The position numbers and the translations under genes were made by a program. The notes under the pieces were generated by a model. It made no database searches and was not told the DNA's origin. It saw only the letters and a list, made by a program, of their open reading frames with translations. Positions 29,456 through 40,908 of a stretch of DNA of 64,000 nucleotides are shown here, in pieces. Origin of the DNA: Escherichia phage DCP548. The stretch is taken from the sequence record PQ671645.1; one strand, 5' to 3'. Within the stretch, counting starts at the first letter, position 1. Every line of letters begins with the position of its first letter.

Positions 29456-32400
29456 ATGGCCGACATCAAACGTAAGTTCAGAGCCGAAGACGGTCTGGAC
29501 GCCGGTGGCGACAAGATTGTTAACGTAGCATTAGCCGACCGTACAGTAGGTACTGATGGCGTAAACGTTGACTTCCTGGTACAAGAAAACACCGTTCAAG
29601 TATATGATTCTACGCGTGGATATAACAAAGGATTTGTTGTTCTTTATGACAACCGTTTATATCAAGCAATAAATGATATTGTGTCTCCTTCCGGGGCATT
29701 TAACCTTTTACAATGGCGTGCAGTTCGTACTGATGCACAATGGATAACTGTCGCTTCTGGGACTTATCAACTTTCTTCAGGTGAATCGATTTCGGTTAAC
29801 ACTGGTGCCGGCAATGATATGGTTTTCACGTTGCCAAATGCGCCGGTTGATGGTGACACTATTGTTTTGGCTGATATTGGTGGAAGAACCGGGGCAGTTA
29901 AAGTACAGATTAACGCGTCTGTGCAGAGTATTTTAAACTTTAGAGGCGAACAAGTTCGTACAGTTTTAATGACGCGTCCGCGTTCACAACTAGTGTTTGT
30001 GTTTAGTAATCGTTTGTGGCAGATGTATATCATTGATTACGGTAAAGAATCAATCACTGTTACACCTGCTACACCATATCAAGCGCAAGCAAACGATTTT
30101 ATTGTTCTTCGTTTTACTAGTGCAGCACCAATCAACATTACACTTCCACGTAATGCTAACAATGGTGATATAATCAGCCTAGTTGATTTAGATAAATTAA
30201 ACCCACTGTATCATACGATTATTAAAACATTTGATGATACAACGTCTATTGGCGAAGTCGGGACTCATATCGTCGAAGGTAGAACTTCTTCTGACGCGTT
30301 TTTTGTTTTTGATGCTGCAAATAGTTTATGGCGTATATGGGAAGGCGACCAGAAATCACGTCTTCGTATTATCCGTACAGATTCAAATATTCGCCCAAAT
30401 GAAGAAGTTCTTATTTTTGGTACAAATAACGCTACAGCAGAAACTATTAACCTTACGCTTCCTACAGGAATTTTGACCGGTGACACTGTTAAAATTTCAA
30501 TGAACTACATGCGTAAAGGCCAAACAGTAAAAATTAAAGCTGCCGAAGGTGATACAATTGCTTCTTCTGTCGCATTACTTCAGTTCCCTAAACGTTCTGA
30601 ATATCCACCTGATACTCAATGGGTCTCTGTTACTGAACTAGAATTCAATGGCACTACTTCATATGTTCCTGTATTAGAATTAGCGTATATCGAAGACACC
30701 GATTCTGACACTCATTATTGGGTTGTGCAACAGAATGTCCCTACGGTAGAACGTGTTGATGCTGGAAATGATGCTACACGAGCTCGTTTAGGTGTTATTG
30801 CTCTCGCTACTCAAGCGCAAGCAAATGTTGATTTAGAGAATACTCCGGCTAAAGAAGTGGCTATTACTCCTGAAACGTTGGCAAATCGTACAGCAACTGA
30901 ATCTCGACGTGGTATCGCCAAAATTGCTACAACAGCGCAAGTTAACCAGAATTCCACAGCATCATTTGTAGACGATACTATTGTTACGCCTAAAAAACTA
31001 AATGAGCGTACAGCAACTGAAACTCGTCGTGGTCTTGCTGAAATTGCTACTCAGGCTGAAACTGATGCCGGTCTTGATGACACAACAATTATTACACCTA
31101 AGAAATTGCAGGCACGTCAGGGTTCTGAAACACTATCTGGTATAGTTAAATATGTATCAACTACTTCTGCTACACCTGCCGCGACTCGTGGAGCTGCAGG
31201 CACTAATGTTTATAATAAAGACACATCCACGTTAACTATTTCTCCTAAAGCCCTTGACCAATATAAAGCAACTTATGCTCAACAAGGTGCAGTAATTTTA
31301 GCTGTTGATAGTGAAGTAATTGCTGGACAATCTCAAGCAGGTTATTCTCATGCTGTAGTAACTCCTGAAACACTACATAAGAAAACTTCTACTGATGGAC
31401 GTATTGGTTTAATTGAAATTGCTACGCAAGCAGAAACTAATGCTGGGACTGATTATACACGTGCAGTAACGCCTAAGACGTTAAATGATAGGAGAGCGAC
31501 GGAAGGATTATCCGGCATAGCCGAACTTGCTACGCAAGTTGAATTTGATACTGGAACTGATGATACTCGTATCTCGACTCCACTGAAAATTAAAACTCAT
31601 TTTGATTCTTCTGACCGTACCAGTGTTAATTCTGATTCCGGACTTATTGAAGAAGGAACCTTGTGGAACCATTATACTCTTGATATTTCTAAAGCAAATG
31701 AAACACAACGTGGTACACTTCGCGTAGCGACTCAGGCAGAATCTAATGCAGGAACTTTAGATGATGTTCTTATTACTCCTAAAAAGCTTTTAGGGACTAA
31801 GTCCACTGAAACGTCTGAAGGTGTAATTAAGGTTGCTACTCGGGCTGAAACTGTAACAGGAACTTCTGCTAATACTGCTGTATCGCCTAAGAATTTAAAA
31901 TGGATTGTCCAGAATGAACCAACATGGGCTGCTACTATGGCAATTCGTGGATTCGTTAAAACTTCATCCGGTTCTATTACATTCGTTGGTAATGATACAG
32001 TTGGTTCAACACAACCTTTAGAATCATATGAAAAAAATAGCTATGCTATATCTCCATATGAATTAAACCGTGTACTTGCTAACTATTTGCCATTAAAAGC
32101 AAAAGCCGCTGACGCAAATTTATTAGATGGCATAGATTCATCTCAGTTCATTCGTAGGGATATTGCACAGACGGTTAATGGTTCACTAACCTTAACGAAA
32201 CAAACTAATCTGAGTGCCCCTCTTGTATCATCTAGTACTGCTACGTTTGGTGGGTCAGTTTCGGCAAATAGTACATTAACTATTTCTAATACTGGAACGG
32301 CAACTCGTCTGATTTTTGAGAAAGGACCTCAAACTGGAACTAATCCAGCACAGACGATGACTATCAGAGTTTGGGGAAATCAGTTTGGTGGCGGATCAGA

Positions 32401-33331
32401 TACAACACGTTCTACTGTATTTGAAGTTGGTGATGAAACGTCTAATCATTTTTATTCTCAACGTAATAAAGATGGGAATATAGCGTTTAGCATTAATGGT
32501 ACTGTGATGCCAATAAACATTAATGCTTCCGGTTTGATGAATGTTAATGGCGTTGCAACATTCGGTCGTTCAGTTACTGCTAATGGCGAATTCATTAGTA
32601 AGTCTGCAAATGCTTTCAGAGCAATTAGTGGTGATTACGGATTCTTTATTCGTAATGACGCTGCTAATACCTATTTTATGCTCACTGCATCAGGCGATCA
32701 GACTGGCGGATTTAATGGATTACGTCCTTTAGCTATTAATAATGCATCCGGTCAAGTAACGATTGGTGAAGGCTTAATCATTGCCAAAGGTGCTACTATA
32801 AATTCAGATGGTTTGACTGTTAACTCTAGAATTCGTTCTCAGGGTACTAAAACATCTGACTTATATACTCGTGCGCCAACATCCGATACTGTAGGATTCT
32901 GGTCAATTGATATTAATGATTCAGCCACTTATAACCAGTTCCCTGGTTATTTTAAAATGGTTGAAAAAACTAATGAAGTGTCTGGACTTCCATACTTAGA
33001 ACGTGGCGAAGAAGTTAAATCTCCTGGTACATTGACTCAGTTTGGTAACACACTTGATTCGCTTTACCAAGATTGGATTACTTATCCAACAACTCCGGAA
33101 GCACGTACCACTCGCTGGACTCGTACATGGCAGAAAACTAAAAATTCTTGGTCAAGTTTTGTTCAAGTATTTGATGGGGGTAACCCTCCTCAGCCATCTG
33201 ATATTGGTGCTTTACCTTCTGATAATGCAACAATCGGAAACTTGACAATAAGGGATTTCTTAAGGATTGGTAATGTCCGCGTTATTCCAGACCCTGTGAA
33301 TAAATCTGTTAAATTCGAGTGGATTGAATAA
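29456..33331 (+). CDS. 34: Long tail fibre proximal subunit gp34
   Basis: 1291 aa (T4 gp34 1289 aa); TATAAATA late promoter at 29418-29425; internal repeated ATE.RRG.AEIATQAE...ITPKKL motifs. Confidence 0.9.
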   Translation: MADIKRKFRAEDGLDAGGDKIVNVALADRTVGTDGVNVDFLVQENTVQVYDSTRGYNKGFVVLYDNRLYQAINDIVSPSGAFNLLQWRAVRTDAQWITVASGTYQLSSGESISVNTGAGNDMVFTLPNAPVDGDTIVLADIGGRTGAVKVQINASVQSILNFRGEQVRTVLMTRPRSQLVFVFSNRLWQMYIIDYGKESITVTPATPYQAQANDFIVLRFTSAAPINITLPRNANNGDIISLVDLDKLNPLYHTIIKTFDDTTSIGEVGTHIVEGRTSSDAFFVFDAANSLWRIWEGDQKSRLRIIRTDSNIRPNEEVLIFGTNNATAETINLTLPTGILTGDTVKISMNYMRKGQTVKIKAAEGDTIASSVALLQFPKRSEYPPDTQWVSVTELEFNGTTSYVPVLELAYIEDTDSDTHYWVVQQNVPTVERVDAGNDATRARLGVIALATQAQANVDLENTPAKEVAITPETLANRTATESRRGIAKIATTAQVNQNSTASFVDDTIVTPKKLNERTATETRRGLAEIATQAETDAGLDDTTIITPKKLQARQGSETLSGIVKYVSTTSATPAATRGAAGTNVYNKDTSTLTISPKALDQYKATYAQQGAVILAVDSEVIAGQSQAGYSHAVVTPETLHKKTSTDGRIGLIEIATQAETNAGTDYTRAVTPKTLNDRRATEGLSGIAELATQVEFDTGTDDTRISTPLKIKTHFDSSDRTSVNSDSGLIEEGTLWNHYTLDISKANETQRGTLRVATQAESNAGTLDDVLITPKKLLGTKSTETSEGVIKVATRAETVTGTSANTAVSPKNLKWIVQNEPTWAATMAIRGFVKTSSGSITFVGNDTVGSTQPLESYEKNSYAISPYELNRVLANYLPLKAKAADANLLDGIDSSQFIRRDIAQTVNGSLTLTKQTNLSAPLVSSSTATFGGSVSANSTLTISNTGTATRLIFEKGPQTGTNPAQTMTIRVWGNQFGGGSDTTRSTVFEVGDETSNHFYSQRNKDGNIAFSINGTVMPININASGLMNVNGVATFGRSVTANGEFISKSANAFRAISGDYGFFIRNDAANTYFMLTASGDQTGGFNGLRPLAINNASGQVTIGEGLIIAKGATINSDGLTVNSRIRSQGTKTSDLYTRAPTSDTVGFWSIDINDSATYNQFPGYFKMVEKTNEVSGLPYLERGEEVKSPGTLTQFGNTLDSLYQDWITYPTTPEARTTRWTRTWQKTKNSWSSFVQVFDGGNPPQPSDIGALPSDNATIGNLTIRDFLRIGNVRVIPDPVNKSVKFEWIE

Positions 33332-33339
33332 GAGGTATT

Positions 33340-34467
33340 ATGGAAAAATTTATGGCTAAGTTTGGACAAGGATATGTCCAAACGCCATTTTTATCGGAAA
33401 GCAATTCGGTACGATTTAAATTAAGCATAGCGGGCTCTTGTCCGCTATCAACATCTCCTGCTTATATTAAGTTCCAAGATAATCCACTTGGGTCCCAGGT
33501 TTTTTCTGTTGGATTAAACGTTTGTGTAATAAATCCTACAACAGGTGCAGTAGTTGAATCTAAGTCATATAATTTCTCTACTGAAAACGACGCCACGTCA
33601 AGTGCATTTGTTACTTTCATGGACACATATGCTTCAAATTTTATATTTGCTCTTGTTACTAACGCTAAAACAAACTTTCCACCCGAAGTTCTTACATGGT
33701 TTAATAAAGCCGGAAGTTCTGCTATTCCATTAGCTCAACAAGTTTTAAATATAGTGGACATTTCTTATTCTGCGTTTTATATTTCTGGTAAGAATGCTAT
33801 AGCACTAGAACATATTAAGTATAGTAATAAGAAAACTTCAACCGACTATAGTACACCACTTGATGTTGTGTACGACACGATCGATGATATTGGTGCTACC
33901 GGCTTCCCTAGACGTACGTACGAATCGACAGACACATTTTTATCTGCTGTTGGAGGTGCTAATAATGAAATTAAAAGGATGCCTACAACATCCATTATTA
34001 CACCTCTCGCTGGGTATAAATTGAAGCCTGGAGATTTCCTTTATATGAAATTCCAACTAATGGCCGATGCCGATTTGTTAGCACAAGGGACGACACGACT
34101 TTCTATTCGTTTCTTTAAATCTCCTTCTACTTCACCTATTTCATTTAAGGATACAAACTTTGATGGGGCTGCAGGTGAATGGAAGATATATGAAGACTAC
34201 ATAGAAATTCCTGCTGGTGCTGACGGGTTCACGATTTATTGTTATCGTACAGCTCCAGTCGGGCAAGGTGGATTAAGAAACGTTATATTCACTGAAGTAT
34301 CATGTAATGGAAGCGTTTCAAAACCTGCTGAGTTTGGTGTAAATGGTATTCGTGTAAATTATGTTTCAGAATCTTTAAGTGCCCCAGACATAATGACATT
34401 ACCTACTCAATCTTCAACTGATACTGGTAAGGTATTTGGACAAGAATTTAAAGAAGCATCGGAATAA
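33340..34467 (+). CDS. 35: Long tail fibre hinge protein gp35
   Basis: 375 aa (T4 gp35 372 aa); immediately follows gene 34; terminator hairpin at 34473-34496. Confidence 0.8.
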   Translation: MEKFMAKFGQGYVQTPFLSESNSVRFKLSIAGSCPLSTSPAYIKFQDNPLGSQVFSVGLNVCVINPTTGAVVESKSYNFSTENDATSSAFVTFMDTYASNFIFALVTNAKTNFPPEVLTWFNKAGSSAIPLAQQVLNIVDISYSAFYISGKNAIALEHIKYSNKKTSTDYSTPLDVVYDTIDDIGATGFPRRTYESTDTFLSAVGGANNEIKRMPTTSIITPLAGYKLKPGDFLYMKFQLMADADLLAQGTTRLSIRFFKSPSTSPISFKDTNFDGAAGEWKIYEDYIEIPAGADGFTIYCYRTAPVGQGGLRNVIFTEVSCNGSVSKPAEFGVNGIRVNYVSESLSAPDIMTLPTQSSTDTGKVFGQEFKEASE

Positions 34468-34472
34468 ATTTA

Positions 34473-34496
34473 GGGAGACTTCGGTCTCCCATTTTT
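34473..34496 (+). terminator. Intrinsic terminator after gene 35
   Basis: gggagac-ttcg-gtctccc followed by attttt; 6 nt after the gene 35 stop and just before the gene 36 late promoter. Confidence 0.6.
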
Positions 34497-34497
34497 G

Positions 34498-34505
34498 TAT
34501 AAATA
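34498..34505 (+). promoter_or_regulatory. Late promoter TATAAATA for gene 36
   Basis: Exact TATAAATA just after the gene 35 terminator, 25 nt upstream of the gene 36 ATG (34530). Confidence 0.7.
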
Positions 34506-34529
34506 TGGTATACATATAAGGAGACAACT

Positions 34530-35195
34530 ATGGCCGATTTAAAAGCTGGTAGTACAACTGGCGGTGCTGTCATATGGCATCAAGGTAATTTCCCTTTAAT
34601 GCCAGCAGGTGATGACGTCCTGTATAAAACGTTTAAACTCTATTCAGAATATAATAAACCACAAGCGGCTGATAACGATTTCGTTTCTAAAGCTAATGGT
34701 GGTACGTATGCCGCTCGAGTAACATTTAATAATGGTGTGCAAGTACCTTATGCCGTAAATAACACAAATCAAAGTGGTATTTATCCTGGCAATGGCGATG
34801 CTGCTACTTTTGATACAGCAAATATTGATATTGTTTCATGGTATGGCATTGGTTTTAAATCATCACAAGGATCTGCAGGTAGAACTGTTGTTGTTAACAC
34901 TCGTACTGGTGATATCAGCACTAAAGGTGGTATTTATGCAACTGGTCCTGTCCGTTCTAACGCTACTGCTCCGGTTGCAGCAAATGATCTCACAAGAAAA
35001 GATTATGTTGATGGACGAATAAATATTGTTACGGATAACGCAAATTCCCGTGTATTGCGTAAAGGCGATACCATGACTGGTACTTTAACAGCACCAAACT
35101 TTTTCTCACAGAATCCGGCGTCTGAGGCTAATCATGTTCCTCGTTTCGACCAGATTGTAATTAAAGATTCTGTTCAAGATTTCGGCTATTATTAA
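34530..35195 (+). CDS. 36: Long tail fibre distal connector gp36
   Basis: 221 aa, same length as T4 gp36; TATAAATA late promoter at 34498-34505 and AAGGAG SD. Confidence 0.8.
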   Translation: MADLKAGSTTGGAVIWHQGNFPLMPAGDDVLYKTFKLYSEYNKPQAADNDFVSKANGGTYAARVTFNNGVQVPYAVNNTNQSGIYPGNGDAATFDTANIDIVSWYGIGFKSSQGSAGRTVVVNTRTGDISTKGGIYATGPVRSNATAPVAANDLTRKDYVDGRINIVTDNANSRVLRKGDTMTGTLTAPNFFSQNPASEANHVPRFDQIVIKDSVQDFGYY

Positions 35196-35203
35196 GAGGA
35201 CTT

Positions 35204-38200
35204 ATGGCTACATTAAAACAGATACAATTTAAAAGAAGCAAAGTAGCAGGAGTTAATCCTACTGCAGCACAATTAGCCGAAGGCGAATTAGCGATAAACT
35301 TAAAAGATCGAACTCTTTTTACTAAAGATGACCTCGGTAATATTATTAGCCTAGGCTTTGCTAAGGGTGGGGATATTAACGGTAATGTAACTCAAACTGG
35401 TGATTATTTACAAAACGGCACGTATAATCTCAATGGAAATCAGTTTGTTTATGCAGGAAAATACATTGAATTTTTACCTAAAACCACTGGAAATGGCGCT
35501 TGGGCTAACCAACATTCGAATAAAGCCCCTATCTTTACAGATTTAAGTTCAACTACTTCTGTTTCAGAATACCATCCGCTGATTAAACAACGCTATAAAG
35601 ATGGAACTTTTTCTGCTGGTACATTAGTAAACGAAGGTAGTTTTAAATTCCATTATATTGATGAAACCGGGACTTCAAAATACTGGACTTTTAATCGAAA
35701 CGGTAATTTTCAAGTTGATTCCGGAAGTTTATTAGTATCTAATGGATATTTAGTTACTCAAAGTAATATTGAAACTAAAGCTGGTTCTTTAATTGGTCCT
35801 AAAGTTATTACCAAAAATATCAATGTGAGCACTAAATCTTGGGACACTAATATTGATACTGCATATGATTTAGTTTCATTACCGACTTGGCAGTATACTC
35901 CAACCGAAACGGATTTGGATACTAATGGTATAAACTACCTTCGTAAATTCCGCGGACATGTTTCTTCTGCTATTTTCCATGAAGTTGCTGATGCTCGTTC
36001 AGGTAAACCACAGAATATTTCGTATTGGACGGGACGTAATGCTGAAGTTTATCAATGGTCTTATACCACAGATGGGCGTATGTCTGTTGCTAATTCGATA
36101 GGTATAGGTCTTGCTGATGTTGGTGACCAAGGACGTTATCCATTGGTTTCGTTTGGTAAAGGTATTGCAATTGGTGACAATGATACTGGTATTAAATGGG
36201 TTCGTGACGGGGTTATCGATTTAGTTGCGAATGGTATTTCTGCCGGCACTATTCTTAATAACGGTATTAACAGTACTAAAAAATTGATGGTTGGTTATAG
36301 TCGAGATTCTGGTTCTACTTGGGATTACCCAAATAACAACCAAGCAATGTTTACTGCGCGTACCGATGTTGATGGTAATAATAACGGTGACGGTCAGACT
36401 CATATCGGTTATAGCAGCAATTCTAAAATGTATCACTATTTCCGTGGTACAGGTCGTATGTCCGTTAGTATGGGCGATGGGCTTCTTGTTGAGCCGGGTA
36501 TTTTAGATATTAAAACAGGTTCAAATACATTAAGTTTGCGTGCTGATGGTACCGTCGCTTCTGTTCAAACATTAAAGCTTAATAATGGATTATATTTTAA
36601 TAGTGATGGAACTAACGCTTCTCTAATTTTTAAAGCAGCTTCAGGTATTGATGGTACTAAGCAAATTTTGTGGGAAGGCGGTACCCGAGCGGGCCAGAAT
36701 AAGAGTTATGTAACTGTTAAAGCATGGGGTAATTCATTTAACGCCACCGGCGATAAAGCTCGCGAAACGGTTTTTGAAGTAGCTGATAGTCAAGGTTATT
36801 ATTTTTATTCTCAACGCGTAGCTCCGAGCGGTTCCGAAACTACTGGTCCTGTTGTAACCCAGTTTGCGGGAGCTGTTAACGCTAGAGGAAGTATTATTAC
36901 TGATGGAAGTTTTAAAGTTAATGGATTAAGCACTTTAGTCGGTAATGTTACTATGTCTAACGGTCTGTTTGTCCAAGGCGGTTCTTCTATTCTTGGACAA
37001 GCTAAATTTGGTGGAACGGCAGATGCATTAAGAATTTGGGATGCCGAATATGGTGCTATTTTCCGTCGTTCTGAAGATAAGCTTTATATTATTCCAACTC
37101 CGCAGAATGCTGGTGAAACAGGTGGCATTTCTAATTTACGTCCGTTCTATATTACATTAAGTAATGGTAAAGTTTCCATGGATCATGATGTAGATATCGG
37201 CGGCGGTAGATTTAAAGTAGATACAACCGGTACTACGGCTGGCCAACGTATTACAGTTAATACTGCCTCCGATGCTATTAGAATAAATGCCCCAACACAA
37301 GAATCTTCTAACTTCATCCAAGGACGTAAAGCAGAGGTTCCGAAATGGTATTTAGGTATTGGCGATGGCGGTAACATCGTTCGTATGCACAGTTACACCT
37401 ACTCCCACGGTATTGCATTAAACTCTGATACGGTTGATATAGCTAAACCTCTTAAAGTCGGTAATGCTCAATTCGGTACTGACGGTAATATCACTGGTGG
37501 TTCTGGTAATTTTGCTAACTTGAATACCACAATAAATAACCTTAAGATAGATATTGTGTCGAGTTATCCAATTGGTGCTCCGATTCCTTGGCCTACTGAT
37601 ACACCTCCTGAAGGTTATGCCGTCATGGAAGGCCAGACGTTTGATACTGACTTGTATCCTAAGTTAGCTGCGGTGTATCCTTCCGGCGCTCTGCCTGATA
37701 TGCGTGGTCAAACTATCAAGGGTAAACCATCTGGGCGTGCTGTATTAAGTACAGAAGCAGACGGTGTTAAGTCACATAGCCATAGTGCAAGTGCATCAAA
37801 CACGGATTTGGGTACTAAGACCACTTCTAGTTTTGATTACGGTAGCAAAACGACTTCAAGCTTTGATTATGGTACTAAGACCAGTAATACCACTGGTAAC
37901 CATAACCATACAGTGAGCGGTAATACTAGTTCCGCCGGTGCGCACCAACACGCGCGTTCAGGCCCTCAGATACAAGCCGGCATACCCAATAACATATTCT
38001 ATGACGGATATAATAGTGTAGGTGCAAACGCCAACGCTAAATTCACTGGAACCGTGAATGGTGCTACTGCAGGGTCGAATATAGCCAAAACTTCTTCAGA
38101 TGGTGCCCACACTCATAGTTGGTCAGGAACTACTAGCGCTACGGGTAACCATGCTCATACTGTGGGTATTGGTGCTCATACGCATACTGTGGGTATTGGT

Positions 38201-38320
38201 GCTCATTCTCATACTGTTGCAATTGGTTCCCATGGACATACAATAACTGTAAATGCCACAGGAAATACAGAAAACACAGTTAAAAACGTTGCTTTTAACT
38301 ATATCGTTCGTTTAGCATAA
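35204..38320 (+). CDS. 37: Long tail fibre distal subunit gp37 (receptor-binding tip)
   Basis: 1038 aa (T4 gp37 1026 aa); C-terminal His-box repeats ([16 protein letters not shown]...) and C-terminus [11 protein letters not shown] typical of T4-type gp37. Confidence 0.9.
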   Translation: MATLKQIQFKRSKVAGVNPTAAQLAEGELAINLKDRTLFTKDDLGNIISLGFAKGGDINGNVTQTGDYLQNGTYNLNGNQFVYAGKYIEFLPKTTGNGAWANQHSNKAPIFTDLSSTTSVSEYHPLIKQRYKDGTFSAGTLVNEGSFKFHYIDETGTSKYWTFNRNGNFQVDSGSLLVSNGYLVTQSNIETKAGSLIGPKVITKNINVSTKSWDTNIDTAYDLVSLPTWQYTPTETDLDTNGINYLRKFRGHVSSAIFHEVADARSGKPQNISYWTGRNAEVYQWSYTTDGRMSVANSIGIGLADVGDQGRYPLVSFGKGIAIGDNDTGIKWVRDGVIDLVANGISAGTILNNGINSTKKLMVGYSRDSGSTWDYPNNNQAMFTARTDVDGNNNGDGQTHIGYSSNSKMYHYFRGTGRMSVSMGDGLLVEPGILDIKTGSNTLSLRADGTVASVQTLKLNNGLYFNSDGTNASLIFKAASGIDGTKQILWEGGTRAGQNKSYVTVKAWGNSFNATGDKARETVFEVADSQGYYFYSQRVAPSGSETTGPVVTQFAGAVNARGSIITDGSFKVNGLSTLVGNVTMSNGLFVQGGSSILGQAKFGGTADALRIWDAEYGAIFRRSEDKLYIIPTPQNAGETGGISNLRPFYITLSNGKVSMDHDVDIGGGRFKVDTTGTTAGQRITVNTASDAIRINAPTQESSNFIQGRKAEVPKWYLGIGDGGNIVRMHSYTYSHGIALNSDTVDIAKPLKVGNAQFGTDGNITGGSGNFANLNTTINNLKIDIVSSYPIGAPIPWPTDTPPEGYAVMEGQTFDTDLYPKLAAVYPSGALPDMRGQTIKGKPSGRAVLSTEADGVKSHSHSASASNTDLGTKTTSSFDYGSKTTSSFDYGTKTSNTTGNHNHTVSGNTSSAGAHQHARSGPQIQAGIPNNIFYDGYNSVGANANAKFTGTVNGATAGSNIAKTSSDGAHTHSWSGTTSATGNHAHTVGIGAHTHTVGIGAHSHTVAIGSHGHTITVNATGNTENTVKNVAFNYIVRLA
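38171..38251 (+). repeat. 27-bp tandem repeat (3 copies) encoding the gp37 His-box motif
   Basis: ggtgctcatacgcatactgtgggtatt / ggtgctcattctcatactgttgcaatt / ggttcccatggacatacaataactgta; encodes [27 protein letters not shown]. Confidence 0.6.
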
Positions 38321-38326
38321 GGAGAA

Positions 38327-38345
38327 GGGACTTCGGTCCCTTTTT
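38327..38345 (+). terminator. Intrinsic terminator after gene 37
   Basis: gggac-ttcg-gtccc followed by ttttt; 7 nt after the gene 37 stop. Confidence 0.6.
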
Positions 38346-38350
38346 ATAAT

Positions 38351-38902
38351 ATGAAACTCTATCACTATTATTTTGACACTAAAGAATTTTACAAAGAAGA
38401 AAATTATAAACCATTAAAAGGCGTAGGATTTCCGGCTCATTCGACACCAAAAAAACCTTTAGACCCTAAAGAAGGCTATGCTGTTGTATTTGATGAACGC
38501 GAACAAGAATGGGTATATGTCGAAGACCATCGTGGAAAAACAGTATGGACTTATGATAAGCAAAAAATTGTTATTGACACTCCAGGTACTCTTCAAAATG
38601 TTACTACAGAAGAACCTGGTGAATTTGACATTTGGTCCGGTGACGGGTGGAAGGAAGATGAAGCATATAAACGCGTAGTTCAACGTGACAAGAAAATTCA
38701 TGAACTCTATAAATTATTCGGTGTTTTAAGTTCTCTTATTGACGCAGAGGTTGCTAATAGAGAAGAAAAACGAAAATTTAAAGAGCTCAAAAAATTCTTT
38801 GCCCTTTTAGAAAAACATGAACATCTTGGCGGCGAATTCCCTAAATTCCCTGACCTTGAAAACAAATCTATTTTCAAAGCGATTATAAATATCTTTAAGT
38901 AA
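38351..38902 (+). CDS. 38: gp38 tail-fibre assembly chaperone (T4 type)
   Basis: 183 aa; strong match to T4 gp38 (MKLYHYYFDTKEFYKEENYKP...FALLEKHEHLGGEFP), not the T2-type adhesin form. Confidence 0.9.
   Translation: MKLYHYYFDTKEFYKEENYKPLKGVGFPAHSTPKKPLDPKEGYAVVFDEREQEWVYVEDHRGKTVWTYDKQKIVIDTPGTLQNVTTEEPGEFDIWSGDGWKEDEAYKRVVQRDKKIHELYKLFGVLSSLIDAEVANREEKRKFKELKKFFALLEKHEHLGGEFPKFPDLENKSIFKAIINIFK
38884..38891 (+). promoter_or_regulatory. Late promoter TATAAATA for holin t
   Basis: Exact TATAAATA inside the 3' end of gene 38, 21 nt upstream of the t ATG, followed by AAGGAGG. Confidence 0.7.
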
Positions 38903-38911
38903 GGAGGTATT

Positions 38912-39571
38912 ATGGCAACACCAAAAGTGTCATTTTCACCTAGTGATATTCTATTTGGGTTGCTAGATCGTATTTTCAAAGATAACGCTACTGGAAAGGT
39001 TTTAATGTCACGAGTAGCGGTAATTATTCTTTTGTTCCTAATGGCACTAATATGGTACAAAGGAAGTATTTTGCTGGATTATTATGTAAGATCTAAGTAT
39101 GATACTTATACTGAAATAATCCAAAAAGAACGAGCTTTACGTTTTGAATCTGCGGCTCTAGAACAACTGCAAATAGTTCATATCTCATCTGGTGCAGATT
39201 TTAGTGCTGTGTATTCTTTCAGACCTAAAAACTTAAATTATTTCGTCGACCTTATAGCTTATGAAGGCAAACTGCCTAGCACAATTTCTGAAAAGTCCCT
39301 TGGCGGATTCCCAGTAGATAAAACGGCCAATGAATATATAATTCATTTAAGCGGCCGTCATTTCTCATCTAAATCAGAATTTGCATTTTTGCCTACAAAA
39401 TCTAAGACCGCCGAACTTTCTTATATGTATAGTTGCCCATACTTTAATTTGGATAACATCTATGCTGGAACTGTGACGATGTATTGGTATAAGGGGAGTA
39501 ATATACTTGAGGAAGACCGCTTAGCGGCTATATGCAACCAAGCGGTCCGAATACTAGGAAGGGCTAAATAA
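38912..39571 (+). CDS. t: Holin
   Basis: 219 aa; near-identical to T4 T holin (SFSPSDILFG..DRIFKDNATGKVL, C-terminal RILGRAK); late promoter 38884-38891 and AAGGAGG SD. Confidence 0.95.
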   Translation: MATPKVSFSPSDILFGLLDRIFKDNATGKVLMSRVAVIILLFLMALIWYKGSILLDYYVRSKYDTYTEIIQKERALRFESAALEQLQIVHISSGADFSAVYSFRPKNLNYFVDLIAYEGKLPSTISEKSLGGFPVDKTANEYIIHLSGRHFSSKSEFAFLPTKSKTAELSYMYSCPYFNLDNIYAGTVTMYWYKGSNILEEDRLAAICNQAVRILGRAK

Positions 39572-39844
39572 TTAGTTGTTAGAATACATCGCTAAATGAC
39601 GATAAATATTTTCAAAACCTTCATTGAATTCACTAATCAGTGTTTTCTTTTCTTCGGCAGTTAAATTTGTAATTAGTTTTCTGAACGAATTCTGATTTAG
39701 CTGCCGACCATCTTTTTTAATTCCAATCTCATTCAAGAATCCGATGAAACTTGCTCGGTCTTCAACAATATCTTCCCTAGAGAATTTAATCAAAATAGAA
39801 GCAATAGTAATAATTTCACGTACGATTTCAATATCTTTATTCAT
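39572..39844 (-). CDS. asiA: AsiA anti-sigma-70 factor
   Basis: 90 aa; close match to T4 AsiA (MNKDIEIVREIITIASILIKFSREDIVE...). Confidence 0.95.
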   Translation of the reverse strand: MNKDIEIVREIITIASILIKFSREDIVEDRASFIGFLNEIGIKKDGRQLNQNSFRKLITNLTAEEKKTLISEFNEGFENIYRHLAMYSNN

Positions 39845-39890
39845 AACGTTTTATTCATTCCACTTAGTTGGTATGGATATAGTACCATTA

Positions 39891-40106
39891 TCAGTGTTGA
39901 TTGTAAATGGCTTTTTCTACGCTTTTAACGTAATTGGTATAGTCTTCCTGTTCATACGAGTGTAAGGCCAAGAACTGAACTAATAGTTCATTATAGACTA
40001 AAGCCTCACGCTCACGTTCGGCCTCTACTACGTTCTGAAGATTATGACTCATATCGTTCCTTATAACTATCAATATAGTCCTGTATGTCGAAGAATGATA
40101 TTTCAT
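39891..40106 (-). CDS. Hypothetical small protein
   Basis: 71-aa ORF; overlaps the following ORF, so one of the two starts is probably wrong. Confidence 0.3.
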   Translation of the reverse strand: MKYHSSTYRTILIVIRNDMSHNLQNVVEAEREREALVYNELLVQFLALHSYEQEDYTNYVKSVEKAIYNQH

Positions 40107-40341
40107 ATTCTAGGGCATTAAGAGCCCGTTCTTCAGTATAGTCAGAACCAAAGACGATAGTGATTTCGCCAGGCTTCATGTGATTGAAATCAACACTAAA
40201 AGGAATACGAGAACATACTTCGTCTGCCATATCTGCAACAACACTACGATATACTTCTCGGTTAACCTGATAAAGCTCTGCAAGTTCTTCACAACGAATA
40301 ACAAGTTCAGTGGCAGGATTTTCTTTGATTTTAGTAAGCAT
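40042..40341 (-). CDS. Hypothetical acidic protein
   Basis: 99-aa strongly acidic ORF in the asiA-motA interval, where T4 encodes the DNA-mimic Arn; similarity to Arn not established. Confidence 0.4.
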   Translation of the reverse strand: MLTKIKENPATELVIRCEELAELYQVNREVYRSVVADMADEVCSRIPFSVDFNHMKPGEITIVFGSDYTEERALNALEYEISFFDIQDYIDSYKERYES

Positions 40342-40415
40342 AGTCTTTACCCTTATGTTTTTGTTTGCGTTTAGATTGAAGTTCTGATTTCTTCTTGTCC
40401 TTATGAACAGAAGCC

Positions 40416-40643
40416 TTATTGAAATCGTGTTTTGCTACAAGATTGTTCATAATGATTTATAACCTCATTTAAACATTTATCGGTAAAAGAAAACTTTTTA
40501 GCCACAGAACATTCGATAATGTGCTCTTTCAAATCTTTAGAGTCGGTATATCCCATCTCAGTAATAAAGTGGCGAATTAAAGCTTTATTCTTATCATTAA
40601 CAGAATTAAAATAATCTGCTTTAGAATCAATTATTCTCATCAT
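40416..40643 (-). CDS. Hypothetical small protein
   Basis: 75-aa ORF. Confidence 0.4.
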   Translation of the reverse strand: MMRIIDSKADYFNSVNDKNKALIRHFITEMGYTDSKDLKEHIIECSVAKKFSFTDKCLNEVINHYEQSCSKTRFQ

Positions 40644-40908
40644 CTAATTTCCTTAATTGATATTGCAACGAGCTAATAATTTCTTCGTTCATTTTAATAT
40701 ACATGTCACGCAAGAAAGGTTTTAACCCATCACGAATAATTGCTAATGTATCACCTTTACATAAATTAACCAAATAAGGATGGTCTAAAGCGTCCCAACC
40801 AGGCTGATTAGCATACATACCATAGTTTTCTTCCATCATATGATTAAGACGTTTGATATCTTGGATACGTGATTCAATAGCATCTTTCTGGAGTTGTTTA
40901 ATATTCAT
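40627..40908 (-). CDS. Hypothetical small protein
   Basis: 93-aa ORF; stop overlaps the next start. Confidence 0.4.
   Translation of the reverse strand: MNIKQLQKDAIESRIQDIKRLNHMMEENYGMYANQPGWDALDHPYLVNLCKGDTLAIIRDGLKPFLRDMYIKMNEEIISSLQYQLRKLDDENN

Noticed and set aside
29383-29592. Minus-strand 69-aa ORF overlapping the gene 34 promoter and 5' end
   Set aside because: Overlaps the rnh early promoter and the gene 34 coding start, and has no ribosome-binding site; considered spurious.
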